From Haliotis rubra (Eukaryota), in contig NW_025764893.1 in assembly GCF_003918875.1 (NCBI RefSeq), forward strand, positions 1,364,001 to 1,428,000: a stretch of 64,000 bases of DNA, read 5' to 3'. The notes under the pieces are model-generated. The model was not told where the DNA came from. It did not search any database and saw only the letters and a list, made by a program, of their open reading frames with translations. Made by a program: the position numbers and the translations under genes. This document shows positions 1 through 12,133 of this stretch, piece by piece; the first letter of the stretch is position 1, and every line of letters starts with the position of its first letter.

Positions 1-287
1 AGAATAGTAAACAAACAACCAAAGACAACTAAACCATCTCACATGAGCACTGACCACCTTGGATCACGATACGGGTCCAAACGGGTGGAAATTCCAAATA
101 CAATCATCAGCAAACAAATCCTTGTTTTTAGAAGGGGTCAATCTTCCGTTTGATTTGGCGTTAAAAACGGAAGGGTCGCCAAGTCGTCTTTGGCACCTCA
201 TTTTGCTGACTTGCGTCTCTTGGTCATGCCAACTTGCGGTTGTGAACTCTGATCCGTGTTCGTAACGATTCTGTTTCAAGATTTGTC

Positions 288-326
288 GGGGCGGTGGGGT
301 AGCCTAGTGGTTAAAGCGTACGCTCC
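288..326 (+). mobile_element. Family A SINE, 5' fragment
   Basis: ggggcggtggggtagcctagtggttaaagcgtacgctc, then truncated. Confidence 0.75.
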
Positions 327-1157
327 CATTGTCGACCTTACACTTACAAAACAAAAAAAAGGTCAAAATTAGCCATACCGTTACCATGAGACAACGCGAC
401 ATCTTTTGACACATATAAATGTCGCGTTATCGCGTGATTCTCTTTGGTAAAACTGAAAAAGAAAGATATCAAAGCGCGATAAAGCAGCAAAGCGACAATA
501 CGAAAAATTGCCAAAATAACCCATTAGCGCATGTTCGTGCTTAGCTTCATTTTGAAACTTTTCGCTTGTTTTTGTAATGGAGAAACGCGACAATGCGACA
601 ATGTCCCTTCCAGGATTGTTTTGGGAGGTTTTTTCCATTGTACCCAGTCAATTAAATTACATACCATCACTGCCTCATCAGCACCGCCAATAGCTATTAC
701 AATAACGGCATCTTTCCATTCAGCCTTGCTGAACACTTTTCGATTAGCTAAATTCCTGTTACTCCCTCCCCAACGGATAACTGATTAAGTATCTGGCACC
801 ATTTTGCTGTTCAGTCCCGTGGGAGGAGTGCTATCTACTTCGGCGTGAAATGATCCTCCGCTTTGGAGTCAAATTCTTTGATGAAAATGGTTAATTATGT
901 TTGGTTGGACAAAATGAACACGAGAACGCTATTGGTTTTATTTAAGGCACTAGGGATGGCGATGTTTGGATCGGAAACTCTATCGTTGAACTCAACATTA
1001 TCGTTGATGGCTGATGGTAAAATCAATTCTGTTCATAATATGTATGAATATATTTGGAAATTATTATGATGGTGATTGAGTGCGCGAATGGATGTTGCTT
1101 TACGCCGCTTTGAATAGGTGTATGTTAGCTATTCCCCTGTAGGTCAGTTCAGGAATG

Positions 1158-1314
1158 GGGGCGGTGGGGTAGCCTAGTGGTTAAAGCGTTCGCTCGTCAC
1201 GCCGAAGGCCTGGGTTCGATTCCCCACATGGGTGCAATTTGTGAAGCCCATTTCTGGTGTCCCCCGCCGTGATATTGCTGGAATATTGCTAAAAACGGCG
1301 TAAACCCATACTCA
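1158..1314 (+). mobile_element. Family A tRNA-derived SINE, full length
   Basis: A box (tagcctagtgg), B box (ggttcgattcc), tail gctggaatattgctaaaaacggcgtaaa + (cagt)n; 15-bp TSD gtcagttcaggaatg at 1143-1157 and 1315-1329. Confidence 0.93.
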
Positions 1315-1385
1315 GTCAGTTCAGGAATGTTGGGGAAAACCCGAACTGATATCAGACGCTAGCCTGGGTAAGACATCGACACTTT

Positions 1386-1552
1386 GGGCGGTGGGGTATT
1401 CCAGTGGTTAAGGCGTTCGCTCGTTACGCCTAAGAACCGCGTTCGATTCCCCACATGGGTACAATGTGCGAAGCCCATTTCTGGTGTCCACCGCCGTGAT
1501 ATTGCTGGAATATTGCTAAAAGCGGCGTCAAACCTCACTCACTCACTTACTC
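1386..1552 (+). mobile_element. Family A SINE
   Basis: Matches family A consensus, (actc)n tail. Confidence 0.9.
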
Positions 1553-3555
1553 ATCAACACTGGTATAGTGCAGACAAACCCAGAAACACATACTCCGGTA
1601 TTCGAATTCACAATCTCACGTGCCCAAGGGACGCAACTCTCCACAGGTGGCTAGCACGACTGATTCCCGTGAAGCCAAAAACTCAGGTAAGTCTATGACG
1701 TTTTATACCTTAACACTTTGACGTAATCCATATGTTTGCTGACAGGTCACAGATAACGAATGGGGACAGTCTGGGATTCGAACCACGACAGGAGGGTCAT
1801 GACAGTGCAATTCTTTCCATATCAAGTTGTTGCGCCTAAGACCTTTGTGCCATCAGTAACTGTGTGGACTGATATAACCAAAGATGACACATTGGGGGAA
1901 ACTGCTGTTCGAACACACGACAGCTGATCCTGGTGTGGCTGATCAGGATGGCTACAACTCTTCTCGGTGAATGGCGGCGTGTTAGACCCCTGCGCCTCAA
2001 TTATGAGAAATACTATTGTAATATAAACAAAATACTGGAAAAGTAGGTAAATATGCCACTGTAATACACTGATACTATTTAGGTCCCCCATGAAAATCCG
2101 GGCCGGACTTGCTCTTCAGCAACACATGCTTATTTAAAGGGGCGACTAACGGGATCGGGTAGTCATCTCGTTAACGTGATTGACACCTGTCACTGTATGC
2201 CATTTGAAATGGATGCCCATAGTGACAATCACGGGTGTGTTTAGTCGAGATCGTCATCATATCGCTGTAATATTTCTGAGTGCGGCTGTCAGCAACAAAC
2301 AAACAAACAAACAAACAAACAATCAAACATTAAGAAACAAGCAATACTCAAAGTTTGAAATGTTATTCATCGGCCACTTCTTCTGAAAGCCGAGCTCGTT
2401 TCATGTTTATTCAGTAGTCAAATCTCGAAGAAACTGTATGCATAGGAATGGCATCTCCACCATTAAAGGACAACCTCAAAATGTTAAATTTCGCATCAGT
2501 GAGAATTAACGCCTTTGAAATGGCTGAATAATGTAACACTGTCATTATAAAAATTCACCGACTTTAGACAATGATTTTTCATTTAGGCGTAATGTTTAGT
2601 AATTGTCAGAAGCACGTCCAAAGCCCTAAAACAAGTACATGCACATATATGCATTTGGAACGGGAATGAGGAATAGGGACAAAAAAAACCCCAGAATCAT
2701 TAATCAATGCATTATTCAATAACTCTCTTCTGGAAGGACAAATGAATATTTTCAATACAGAACCCCAAAATATAATTATCTAAAACACTGTTCGTTGTTA
2801 TGGAAATTATGAAAAAACTGACACAACACAACTTTATATTTCACTGTTGAATATCCCATTAAGTTAACTGGAAATAATCGACAGAGAATGTCTGTCTTGT
2901 ATGATAAACATAGTGCGGACCGACACAACTTCAAATGGCCGTGACGGTGGAAAGTGAATGAAGCGCCTTGCCTAAGTATAATCTCTGTCGAGCGCGAAAC
3001 ATCACAGTGTGAGTTTCTTTTTGAGAGTCTCGCTCTTGTTGGAGTCGAGGGTTCGTGAAACTGTTGTGTTTCGTGTTTTCCTCTTGTTTTATTTGTCTTA
3101 AAGTTTCGGGCAGTGCATAAATAAAAAATCGAATGAAGAAAGATATTTGCCGATAACATTCAATTAATCCTACTTAAAACTTCGATCAGTTATGTTTGTG
3201 AGTCTTGATAAAACACAATTATATGGAGTCCATGTTTTTGTATACTACTAAAACTAAGTTAAGAACAACGGCTTATTTCATATGATTGTAGTTAATTTGT
3301 AATCTTTGATAGTAATGACAGTAATACTGTCATATTATTATAGTTATTCGATGATCATATTATTATAGTTATTCGATGATCTGTGTGGTAGTGAATCCTT
3401 CATAATACTACTAGTGTGTTTATCTGTTATGACAGATTTACTTGAGTTATATGAAGGAATCGGGAGTTTAAATCCTTTTCAGTGGTTTATTTAAAGCCCG
3501 TCGGCAATACGCTCAAAAGATATAGAAGCATCGGATGGTCAGTACATACTTTAAA

Positions 3556-5240
3556 GGGTCAGTACGGCTTTGCATGAATAGTAACTATAGAGTTTGAGCG
3601 GGCCAGTACGGCTTTGCAGGAATAGTATAGAGTTTGAAAGGGCCAGAACGGATTTGCGGGAATAGTGTAGGGTTTGAACGGGCAGGTATGGCTTTGCAGG
3701 AATAGTAACTATAGAGTTTGAGCGGGCCAGTACGGCTTTGCAGGAATTGGCGGACCGGGTACGGCTTTGCAGGAATTTACAGAGTTTGAGGGGGCCAGTA
3801 CGGATTTGCAGGAATAATATAGAGTTTGAGCGGGCCAGTACGGCTTTGCAGGAATAGTACAGAGTTTGAGCGGGCCAGTACGGCTTTGCAGGTATAGTAT
3901 AGAGTTTGAGCGGGCCGGTACGGCTTTGCAGGAATAAGTATAGAGTTTGAGCGGGCCGGTACGGCTTTGCAGGAATAGTATAGAGTTTGAGCGGGCCAGT
4001 ACGGCTTTGCAGGAATAGTGTAGAGTTTGAGCGGGCCGATACGGCTTTGGAGAATAACTATAGAGTTTGAGCGGGCTGAGTACGGCTTTGCAGAAACAGT
4101 GTAGAGCTTGAGCGGGCCAGTACGGCTTTGCAGGAATAATATAAAGTTTGAACGGGCCAGTACGGCTTTGCAGGAATAGTATAGAGTTTGAGCGGTCTAG
4201 TACGGCTTTGCAGGAATAGTGTAGAGTTTGAGCGGGCCGACACGGCTTTGCAGGAATAGTATAGAGTTTGAGCGGGCTGGTACGGATTTGCAGGAATAGT
4301 GTAGAGTTTGAGTGGGCCAGTACGGCTTTGCAGGAATAGTATAGAGTTTGAGTGGGCCAGTACGGCTTTGCAGGAATAGTATAGAGTTTGAGCTGGCCAG
4401 TACGGCTTTGCAGGAATAGTGTAGAGTTTGAGCGGGCCAGTACGGCTTTGCAGGAATAGTGTAGAGTTTGAGCGGGCCAGTACGGCTTTGCAGGAATAAT
4501 ATGCGTTTTGAGCTGGCTAGTACGGCTTTGCAGGAATAGTATAGAGTTTGAGCGGGCCAGTACGGCTTTGCAGGAATAATATAGAGTTTGAGCGGGCCAG
4601 TAGTGGCTTTGCAGGAATAGTGTAGAGTTTGAGCAGGCCAGTACGGCTTTGCAGAAATAGTATAGAGTTTGAGCGGGCCAGTACGGCTTTGCAGGAATAA
4701 TATAGAGTTTGAGCGGGCCAGTACGGCTTTGCAGGAATAGTGTAGAGTTTGAGCGGGCCAGTACGGCTTTGCAGGAATAATATAGAGTTTGAGCGGGCCA
4801 GTACGGCTTTGCAGGAATAGTATAGAGTTTGAGCGGGCCAGTACGGCTTTGCAGGAATAGTATAGAGTTTGAGCGGGCCAGTACGGATTTGCAGAAATAG
4901 TGTAGAGTTTGAGCGGGCCAGTACGGCTTTGCAGGTATAGTATAGAGTTTGAGCGGGCCAGTACGGCTTTGCAGGTATAGTATAGAGTTTGAGCGGGCCA
5001 GTACGGCTTTGCAGGTATAGTATAGAGTTTGAGCGGGCCAGTACGGCTTTGCAGAAATAGTATAGAGTTTGAGCGGGCCAGTACGGCTTTGCAGGAATAG
5101 TATAGAGTTTGAGCGGGCCAGTACGGCTTTGCAGGAATAGTGTAGAGTTTGAGCGGGCCAGTACGGCTTTGCAGAAATAGTGTAGAGTTTGAGCGGGCCA
5201 GTACGGCTTTGCAGGAATAGTATAGAGTTTGAGCGGGCCA
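3556..5240 (+). repeat. 40-bp minisatellite array 1 (~42 units)
   Basis: Unit gtatagagtttgagcgggccagtacggctttgcaggaata read directly. Confidence 0.97.
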
Positions 5241-5474
5241 GGGTTTAGGCTGTCTAGTACAGCTTTTGCAGGGCCAGTACTGGTTTTGATTGGTTTGTTT
5301 GTTGTGTTTTGCGAAAAGCATGCGTTGCTGAGGACCATAGTCCACCCCCCCCCCCCAAAACAAACAAAAACAAAACAAACAAAACAAACAAAAATAAAAC
5401 AAAACAAAACAAAAACAAATGTATGTACGACAGTGTATTCTTGCAACCAACAGATATGTATGTATAGTATGACC
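5241..5474 (+). repeat. Tail segment following array 1 (duplicated at 7338-7598)
   Basis: gggttta.gctgtcta.tacagc...gggccagtactggtttt...aaaagcatgcgttg...poly-C,(AAAAC)n...gtgtattcttgcaac.aacagatatgtatgtata present after both arrays. Confidence 0.9.
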
Positions 5475-5658
5475 AGAAATTATTGAGAATTTTAGGAATA
5501 TGTTTAATTTGATTTCTAGTATAAAACAACCTTGACCAGCTATCAAGTGCTTGGTTTCATTCAAGAGAGACAACTCCGTTAATCCTTTTCATTAGTTTGT
5601 GAAGAGTTATCCCCCTTTGTTTACATGCTAGCAGACGACAATTTCAGTGATCCTCATT

Positions 5659-6468
5659 ATGGATGATTTAGAAGTGGAAGTTGATTTTAGAGTATTATAA
5701 CAAGGACATCAGATCAGCTAAAGTGATTTTGTAGAACAGGCATCCCTTTGTCCACTGTTTATCGTATTTTGAAAAATATTACAAATGGATGTGGCATTGA
5801 GCACCAGGAAGGCGCAGGTAGGCCTAGAAAATGGACTGTCGGTGACAGGAGGTGGCTTGCCAGTATTCTTGTTTCTAAAACAAACGAAGGAGTTAAGAAA
5901 ACTGAAGGCTGGATATGATTGATAGAGGAACTGTGGCTGTCTGTAAGGAGACAATTAGAACTGAGCTTGCATGCAAGGGTGGCAGAAAAAGTCGAGGAAT
6001 TCCATCACCGATCATGAAAACCAGGAACAAAAGGAGCGAAGGTTGAACTGGTGCTTACAGCATGGACATTTTAACTGGGACAATGTGGTTTTTCAGATGA
6101 AAGTTCTAAGTGGCTGTTTCCTAATACACTGAAATTCTGGACCAAACAAACTGAAAACCTTTGTATCAGCGCCCAAAAGTACAGTCCAGAAATTTACGTG
6201 TGGGGTGGCATATCTGTGTTAGGGCAACGCCCCTCTGTGTATTTGAAGGAATATGAACAGAGTGGTACACAGATATTCTCGAGGGACATTTACTTCCATC
6301 TGCTCATGTGTTCTATGGACATCTTTGGATTTTCTAGCAGGACAACGACCCAAAAACATCGTTCAAGCATTCCACAGGCCTGGTTTGACCCAAAATATGA
6401 CAATATTAGATTGGCCAAGCTATAGCCCTGACTATAAATCCAAGCGCAAATGATTGGGGACTTATGAA
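5659..6468 (+). pseudogene. Decayed Tc1/mariner transposase, 3'-truncated
   Basis: Across frameshifts the motifs occur in order: GIPLSTVYRILK (HTH), GAGRPRK, KERRLNWC..H..FNWDNVVF/DES, VWGGIS, QQDNDPKH, DWPSYSPD, WGLMK. Confidence 0.88.
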
Positions 6469-7326
6469 GGAATAGTACAGAGTTTGAGTGGGCCAGTACG
6501 GCTTTGCAGGAATAGTGTAGAGATTGAGCGGGCCATTACGGCTCTGCAGGTATAATATGGAGTTTGAGCGGGCCAGTACGGCTTTGCAGGAACAGTAACT
6601 ATAGAGTTTGAGCAGGCCAGTATGGCTTTGCAGGAATAGTATAGAGTTTGAGCGGGCCAGTACGGCTTTGCAGGAATAGTAACTATAGAGTTTGAGCGGG
6701 CCAGTACGGCTTTGCAGGAATAGTACAGAGTTTGAGCGGGCCAGTACGGCTTTGCAGGAATAGTACAGAGTTTGAGCGGGCCAGTACGGCTTTGCAGGAA
6801 TAGTGTAGAGATTGAGCGGGCCATTACGGCTCTGCAGGTATAATATAGAGTTTGAGCGGGCCGGTACGGCTTTGCAGGAATAGTACAGAGTTTGAGCGGG
6901 CCAGTACGGCTTTGTGCAGGTATAGTATAGAGTTTGAGCGGGCCAGTACGGCTTTGCAGGTATAATATAGTGTTTGAGCGGGGCAGTACGGCTTTGCAGG
7001 AACAGTAACTATAGAGTTTGAGCGGGCCAGTACGGCTTTGCAGGAATAGTACAGAGTTTGAGCGGGCCAGTACGGCTTTGCAGGAATAGTAACTATTGAG
7101 TTTGAGCAGGCCAGTACGGCTTTGCAGGTATAGTATAGAGTTTGAACGGGCCAGTACGGATTTGCAGGAATAGTGTAGAGTTTGAGCGGGCCAGTACGGA
7201 TTTGCAGGTATAGTATAGAGTTTGAGCGGGCCAGTACGGATTTGCAGGAATAGAGTAGAGTTTGAGCGGGCCAGTACGGCTTTGCAGAAATAGTGTAGAG
7301 TTTGAGCGGGCCAGTACGGCTTTGCA
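6468..7326 (+). repeat. 40-bp minisatellite array 2 (~21 units)
   Basis: Same unit as array 1, including the aatagtaactatagag variant. Confidence 0.97.
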
Positions 7327-7337
7327 TTGCCAGTACA

Positions 7338-7598
7338 GGGTTTAAGCTGTCTAATACAGCTTTGCAGGGCCAGTACTGGTTTTGACTGGTTTGTTTGTTG
7401 TGTTTTTGCGAAAAGCATGCGTTGTTGAGGACCAAACTCCCCCCCCCCAAAAAAAACAACAACAAAAAACCCCAAAAAACCCCCACAACAAACAAACAAC
7501 AAAACAAACAAAACAAACAAAAACAAAACAAAACAAAAAACAAATGTATGTACAGACAGTGTATTCTTGCAACTAACAGATATGTATGTATATGACCA
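7338..7598 (+). repeat. Tail segment following array 2
   Basis: Diverged homologue of 5241-5474. Confidence 0.9.
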
Positions 7599-8014
7599 CT
7601 TTATGTTTCAGACGTGTATTAAGTTGTACATTATGATGTAGACATGCACCTATAGAACGTGGCCGGAATGTAAATAAAGTTCAGTTCAGTTGTTTTGATG
7701 TTGTCACGGCGTTGTTTGTCTTGCCGACACTTCCGCTTTATCTCGACCCTGTACAACTTGTCATGGGCCAATATGGCTGACCCAGTAACGATACCGAGGC
7801 CAATATGAACCATAAATATATAACATAACATTTGTGGATACATACTAAACAAGGTAACTAAAGGTACCTGAATGGTCAATCTTGATAACTTAGTTTATAC
7901 CGTGTCGGCGAGGGCAGTTGCTCATAATATCACCCACTGGTTTGTGTGTTCCCAGACGCCGGACGCCGTCATATTGCTGTATATTGTTATCTATTATTGT
8001 CTGTCTTTGTAGAC

Positions 8015-8360
8015 GTGGCCATGTGGGTAGCCCTGTTGTTAAAATGTTCGCTTGCCACTAGCGAACCCGGGTTCTATTCTCTTCGTGAAGCTCAAGGATA
8101 GAACAGGTGACTAACGGTGGTCAGCTACGCATGTTTGTCGTAACAGGTGACTAACGGTGGTCAGGCTCACTGACGTGGTTGACACATGTCATCGTATCTC
8201 AGTTACGTAGATCGATGCTCATGATGTGGATCCTTGGATTGGTTGGTCCAGACTTGTTTGCTTACAGACCGCCGCCACGTAGCTGGAGTGATGCTGAGTG
8301 CCGTTTTAACAACAAAAAATACAATGTGTGAAGTCTATTTCGGGTGACCCTAGCTGTGAG
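8015..8360 (+). mobile_element. Old family A SINE with a family B copy inserted (~8082-8318)
   Basis: A head to B box, then B body, then A resumes at tacaatgtgtgaag. Confidence 0.7.
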
Positions 8361-8746
8361 GTGTAAAACCGACCTCGCTCTTAATCCGGTTGACCCTGAT
8401 ATAGGTTAGCTACAGCCTCAGACGCGGTGTAGTTGTTTTAAGGTCGTGAGAGGGATCTGGTCCATGAAAGCATTTGGATAAATAAAATATCAGTAACTCT
8501 GTCTAGCACATCAGACGGAAACTCGTTTATATCAATAGTTTATACGACTCTTCCAAGTCCCTCTCAACACATCTATTTGATGTAACCCCAGATGACTTGA
8601 CCTCATCCAATCCCTCATCTTGTTCACGTGAGAAATGGGAGCCAGACATTTATAGATGAAATCCTTTCTTTTTTCTTGAAGTTAGCAATTTGTCTTGAGT
8701 GGTGTTGTGGTGAAGGGAGATTTAACGTCGCTTGTAGGGTCGTAGT

Positions 8747-8928
8747 NNNNNNNNNNNNNNNNNNNNNNNNNNNNNNNNNNNNNNNNNNNNNNNNNNNNNN
8801 NNNNNNNNNNNNNNNNNNNNNNNNNNNNNNNNNNNNNNNNNNNNNNNNNNNNNNNNNNNNNNNNNNNNNNNNNNNNNNNNNNNNNNNNNNNNNNNNNNNN
8901 NNNNNNNNNNNNNNNNNNNNNNNNNNNN
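8747..8928. other. Assembly gap (N run)
   Basis: Run of N characters. Confidence 1.
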
Positions 8929-8992
8929 TGCGTGTGAATGGATATGTGTTGCATGAGGCCTGTGTTGGTAGAGGATCGTGCTGAGAGAGCTA

Positions 8993-9705
8993 CAGTCAGT
9001 TTGACAAAATGATACCGTTGAATTGCAATCTAACACAAAACAAATAGACATAAAAGAATAAAACCAACGCGGACTGCAATAAAAACAACACACCAACTCC
9101 AGAAAAAAATTGGATACTTTTTGTTACAAGAATTAAAAAGTTGTTTGAGAAACTGTCATCATTTACTTGTGTGCTTTCCAAGTTGTTACAACGGACCAGT
9201 GGCAACTAAAGGAACAGCGCGAAAAGCGAGATGCACGTGCATTAGTGACGTCAGAGACATGTGATTACTGCTGATTGACAAAGTGAGAGAAAATGAAAGT
9301 CTATAATTTACGAAGTCTATGATTTCTTCAAGGATAAAATGACAGGGGGGTGACCAAAGTATGCATTTTACTAAGTACATACAGCGCACTGCCTGTGCAG
9401 ATGGGGTACGTGTCATGTCGCCCGCTCAAAAATTTGTTGAGAACCCGTTAACGCACGTGCATCTCGCTTTTCGCGCTGTTCGTTTAGTTGCCAGTGCGCC
9501 CTTGTAACAAACTGGGAAAACGCACAAATAAATGATGACATTTTCTTAAACAACGTTCTTATTTTTGTGACACAAATTATGTAATTTTTTTCTAGAGTTG
9601 GTCTGTTGTTTTTATTGCAGTCCGCGTTGGTTTGAATATTTTATGTCTATTTGTTTTTTGTGTTAGATTACAATTCATCGGTATCATTTTGTCACAAACG
9701 GACTG
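8993..9705. mobile_element. Foldback MITE, Tc1/mariner-type ends
   Basis: About 250-bp imperfect TIRs (cagtc...gacaaaatgatacc...ccaacgcggactgcaataaaaacaac...aacagcgcgaaaagcgagatgcacgtgc and its reverse complement); TA at 8991-8992 and 9706-9707. Confidence 0.9.
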
Positions 9706-9744
9706 TAGGCCGGTTTAGAAGTAGAAAGTCATGGAACTTACTTG

Positions 9745-9975
9745 TCTTAGTTTGTTTGATGTTTTATCGCCGCACTCAGCAATATTCCAGATGTATGGTG
9801 GCGGTCTGTAAATAATCGAGTCTGGATCAGACAATCCAGTGATCAATATCATGAGCATTGATCCACGATTATGACACGATGGCATGTGTCAGCCCACGCA
9901 GCGAGCCTGACCACCCAATCCCGTGAGTCATCTCTTACAACAGCATGAGTTGTTGAAGATCAGCTCTAACCCTGC
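9745..9975 (-). mobile_element. Family B retroposon (diverged)
   Basis: Reverse consensus match. Confidence 0.85.
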
Positions 9976-12133
9976 TTGCCTTAGTTCAATACTTAACCCC
10001 ATTAACTCCGAAGAGACAAGTCCTTGTTTTCACACAAACGAGGAGTACCAGTCAGGAAAACAACAAGTAACGTTTCTTGAAGGCTTTAGGTGTAACATGG
10101 TTGGGGGTCGAACACCTACCACCAGGCAGACCCGCTGCCCACTAGATCACGTCGCCCTGGACATTGTATCGGATTACCAGGGCCCGTCAGCTGAATACGG
10201 TAGAAATTGGGCGTAGGTTTAGAATCTGGCGGACGTTGTATGCGCGTTACTGAGTGAGTGAGTGAGTTAAGATTGAAAGTCACATCGGCAATATTTCAGC
10301 CATATCGTGACTAAAACTAGTTCTAAATCTATAATACATACATATAATATAGGTATGCTTTACTGAAATTCGCCAGCAGGGGTGCTGACATACCAATGAT
10401 CAAAACTGAGAAAAATATGAGATTAGAACCAGACTGCGGACTGGGTTACGACAAGGATGATAGCTACACCAGACTGTCGGCGTCCATAGCCACTGGAACA
10501 CAGGGCACCGCCGTGATATTGCTGGAATATTGCTAAAAGCGGCTTAAAACTAAACTCACTCATTTAGGACCACCAGCACACCAGCGCATTCGTGACAAGA
10601 AGGGAGAAAAAACGTTCAATATGTCGACAGTTAAACACCCATTTATTTACATAAACACGTGATTCCTCTCTACCGTTAATGTTCCACGCGTACCTCTCTC
10701 AAAGACTGTCAATGGCGAACACATTTTCATAATCAAACGGAAATATTTTTCATGTATGAGTCTCACATCCATAAAATATTTGTAAACTTTATTTTTTTAC
10801 GCAGATAGAGACATGTGCAACTGAAATTAAAAATATTATCTTCCTAAACGCATCTCCTTTGAAACGTACCCCCTTCAGTCATATTTATTACAAGTTTTAA
10901 TTTTCCCCCCAGCTCTCGGTTCGCCCATATGCTGAACACCACATTGCAATATTTTCAAATTAGCAATAAATCTCTCTATGGCGTTAATGTTTATTTCTTC
11001 TACTGCACCAAAAAAGTTGGCATCCTGTCAGAGGACTCCACGCAGGGTTCTCCGACACGCAGTGATGTGGAGCCTTTAATACTGATGAATAAAAAATGAA
11101 GCTAATTCACCATGTGGTAAACATTGTGTCACAAGATGTCTACAAGAGGAATGGCAGATACTGAAATTAATACGGTAAATGTTTGTGTTTATAGGCTATG
11201 GGGATTATTATTGAGGTCAAATGTGTGTACCTATCAGCGACCTTTATCAACGTTTCTGGTATCAGTTCCTGGCACTGAAAGTCTTGTTCTGTGATGGCGA
11301 CGTTTTGTGCTGTCTTACCGATGACTCGGGTATCGCCATTTTGATAGCTCTATGGTTGTGGAATCGGTGTTTGCCCTTAACCCTGAATAACTTCAGGCCC
11401 TAAGGACCCAGAACCATAAAAGTTGTGGGTCCTGATCTGAATGTGTAGGCTCTATATTGTAATATAGAAATAATACCCTTAGTTATTGGGGATGAAAACG
11501 CTGTCGGCCATAAGAACCTGCAGAAAACAAAAGCTGTGGGGTCCGAGTGGTTTTCAGTCGGCTTCGGGCCTGAGGACCGACGTTAATTTCGAATGCTGTG
11601 TGGAATATTTGTAAATATATATTTACGCTTTCCAAAGTGACGCCATCATGTTAACACTCACTTTTGAACACTTTTGAAACAAGTTGAAATAAGTTTAATT
11701 AATGCTAGCAAAGCTCAACTGGAATTTATTATTTTTTCAATTCACTCTGGCGTTGTATGAAAACAAAACCATAATCTCGATTATATAAAAGCAGATCTAG
11801 CTTTCATTTGAGAGGAGCTAAATGAACTATGTAGTTAATGATTTCATAGGCTATATGTGAGTTGCGCGGTTTAAAGCAGTTGTAGAATTGTGGACTCGGA
11901 AAATACTTCTGAATGATAAAAGTATAACAATTACATATAGATTGAATAAAAGCACGGGGGAGATTAAGTTTAGGATGAACTTCTATAAAATCTAGACTTG
12001 TTTCATGTAATCCTGCAGCATAAACGTAAGAGCTTGGTGGAGAGGGAATAATATGGTAGAGATAATGCGAGATACTCATTGCAGAGAATTGCTGCAAGAT
12101 TCAGGCAACGGGACACCATAAGGAGACTTCCGC

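Noticed and set aside
1158-1235. tRNA gene
   Set aside because: A/B boxes are present but continue into a SINE body with tail and TSD, with no T-run terminator; many copies in the window.
3556-5240. CRISPR-like array
   Set aside because: Units are head-to-tail with no unique spacers, there are no cas genes, and the context is eukaryotic; the same applies to the 27-, 29- and 52-bp arrays.
4197-7543. Long minus-strand ORFs (458, 309, 354, 239 aa)
   Set aside because: Translations of the 40-bp satellite and low-complexity tail; the same peptides recur in every frame.
8628-9096. ORFs spanning X residues
   Set aside because: Artefacts of the N gap.
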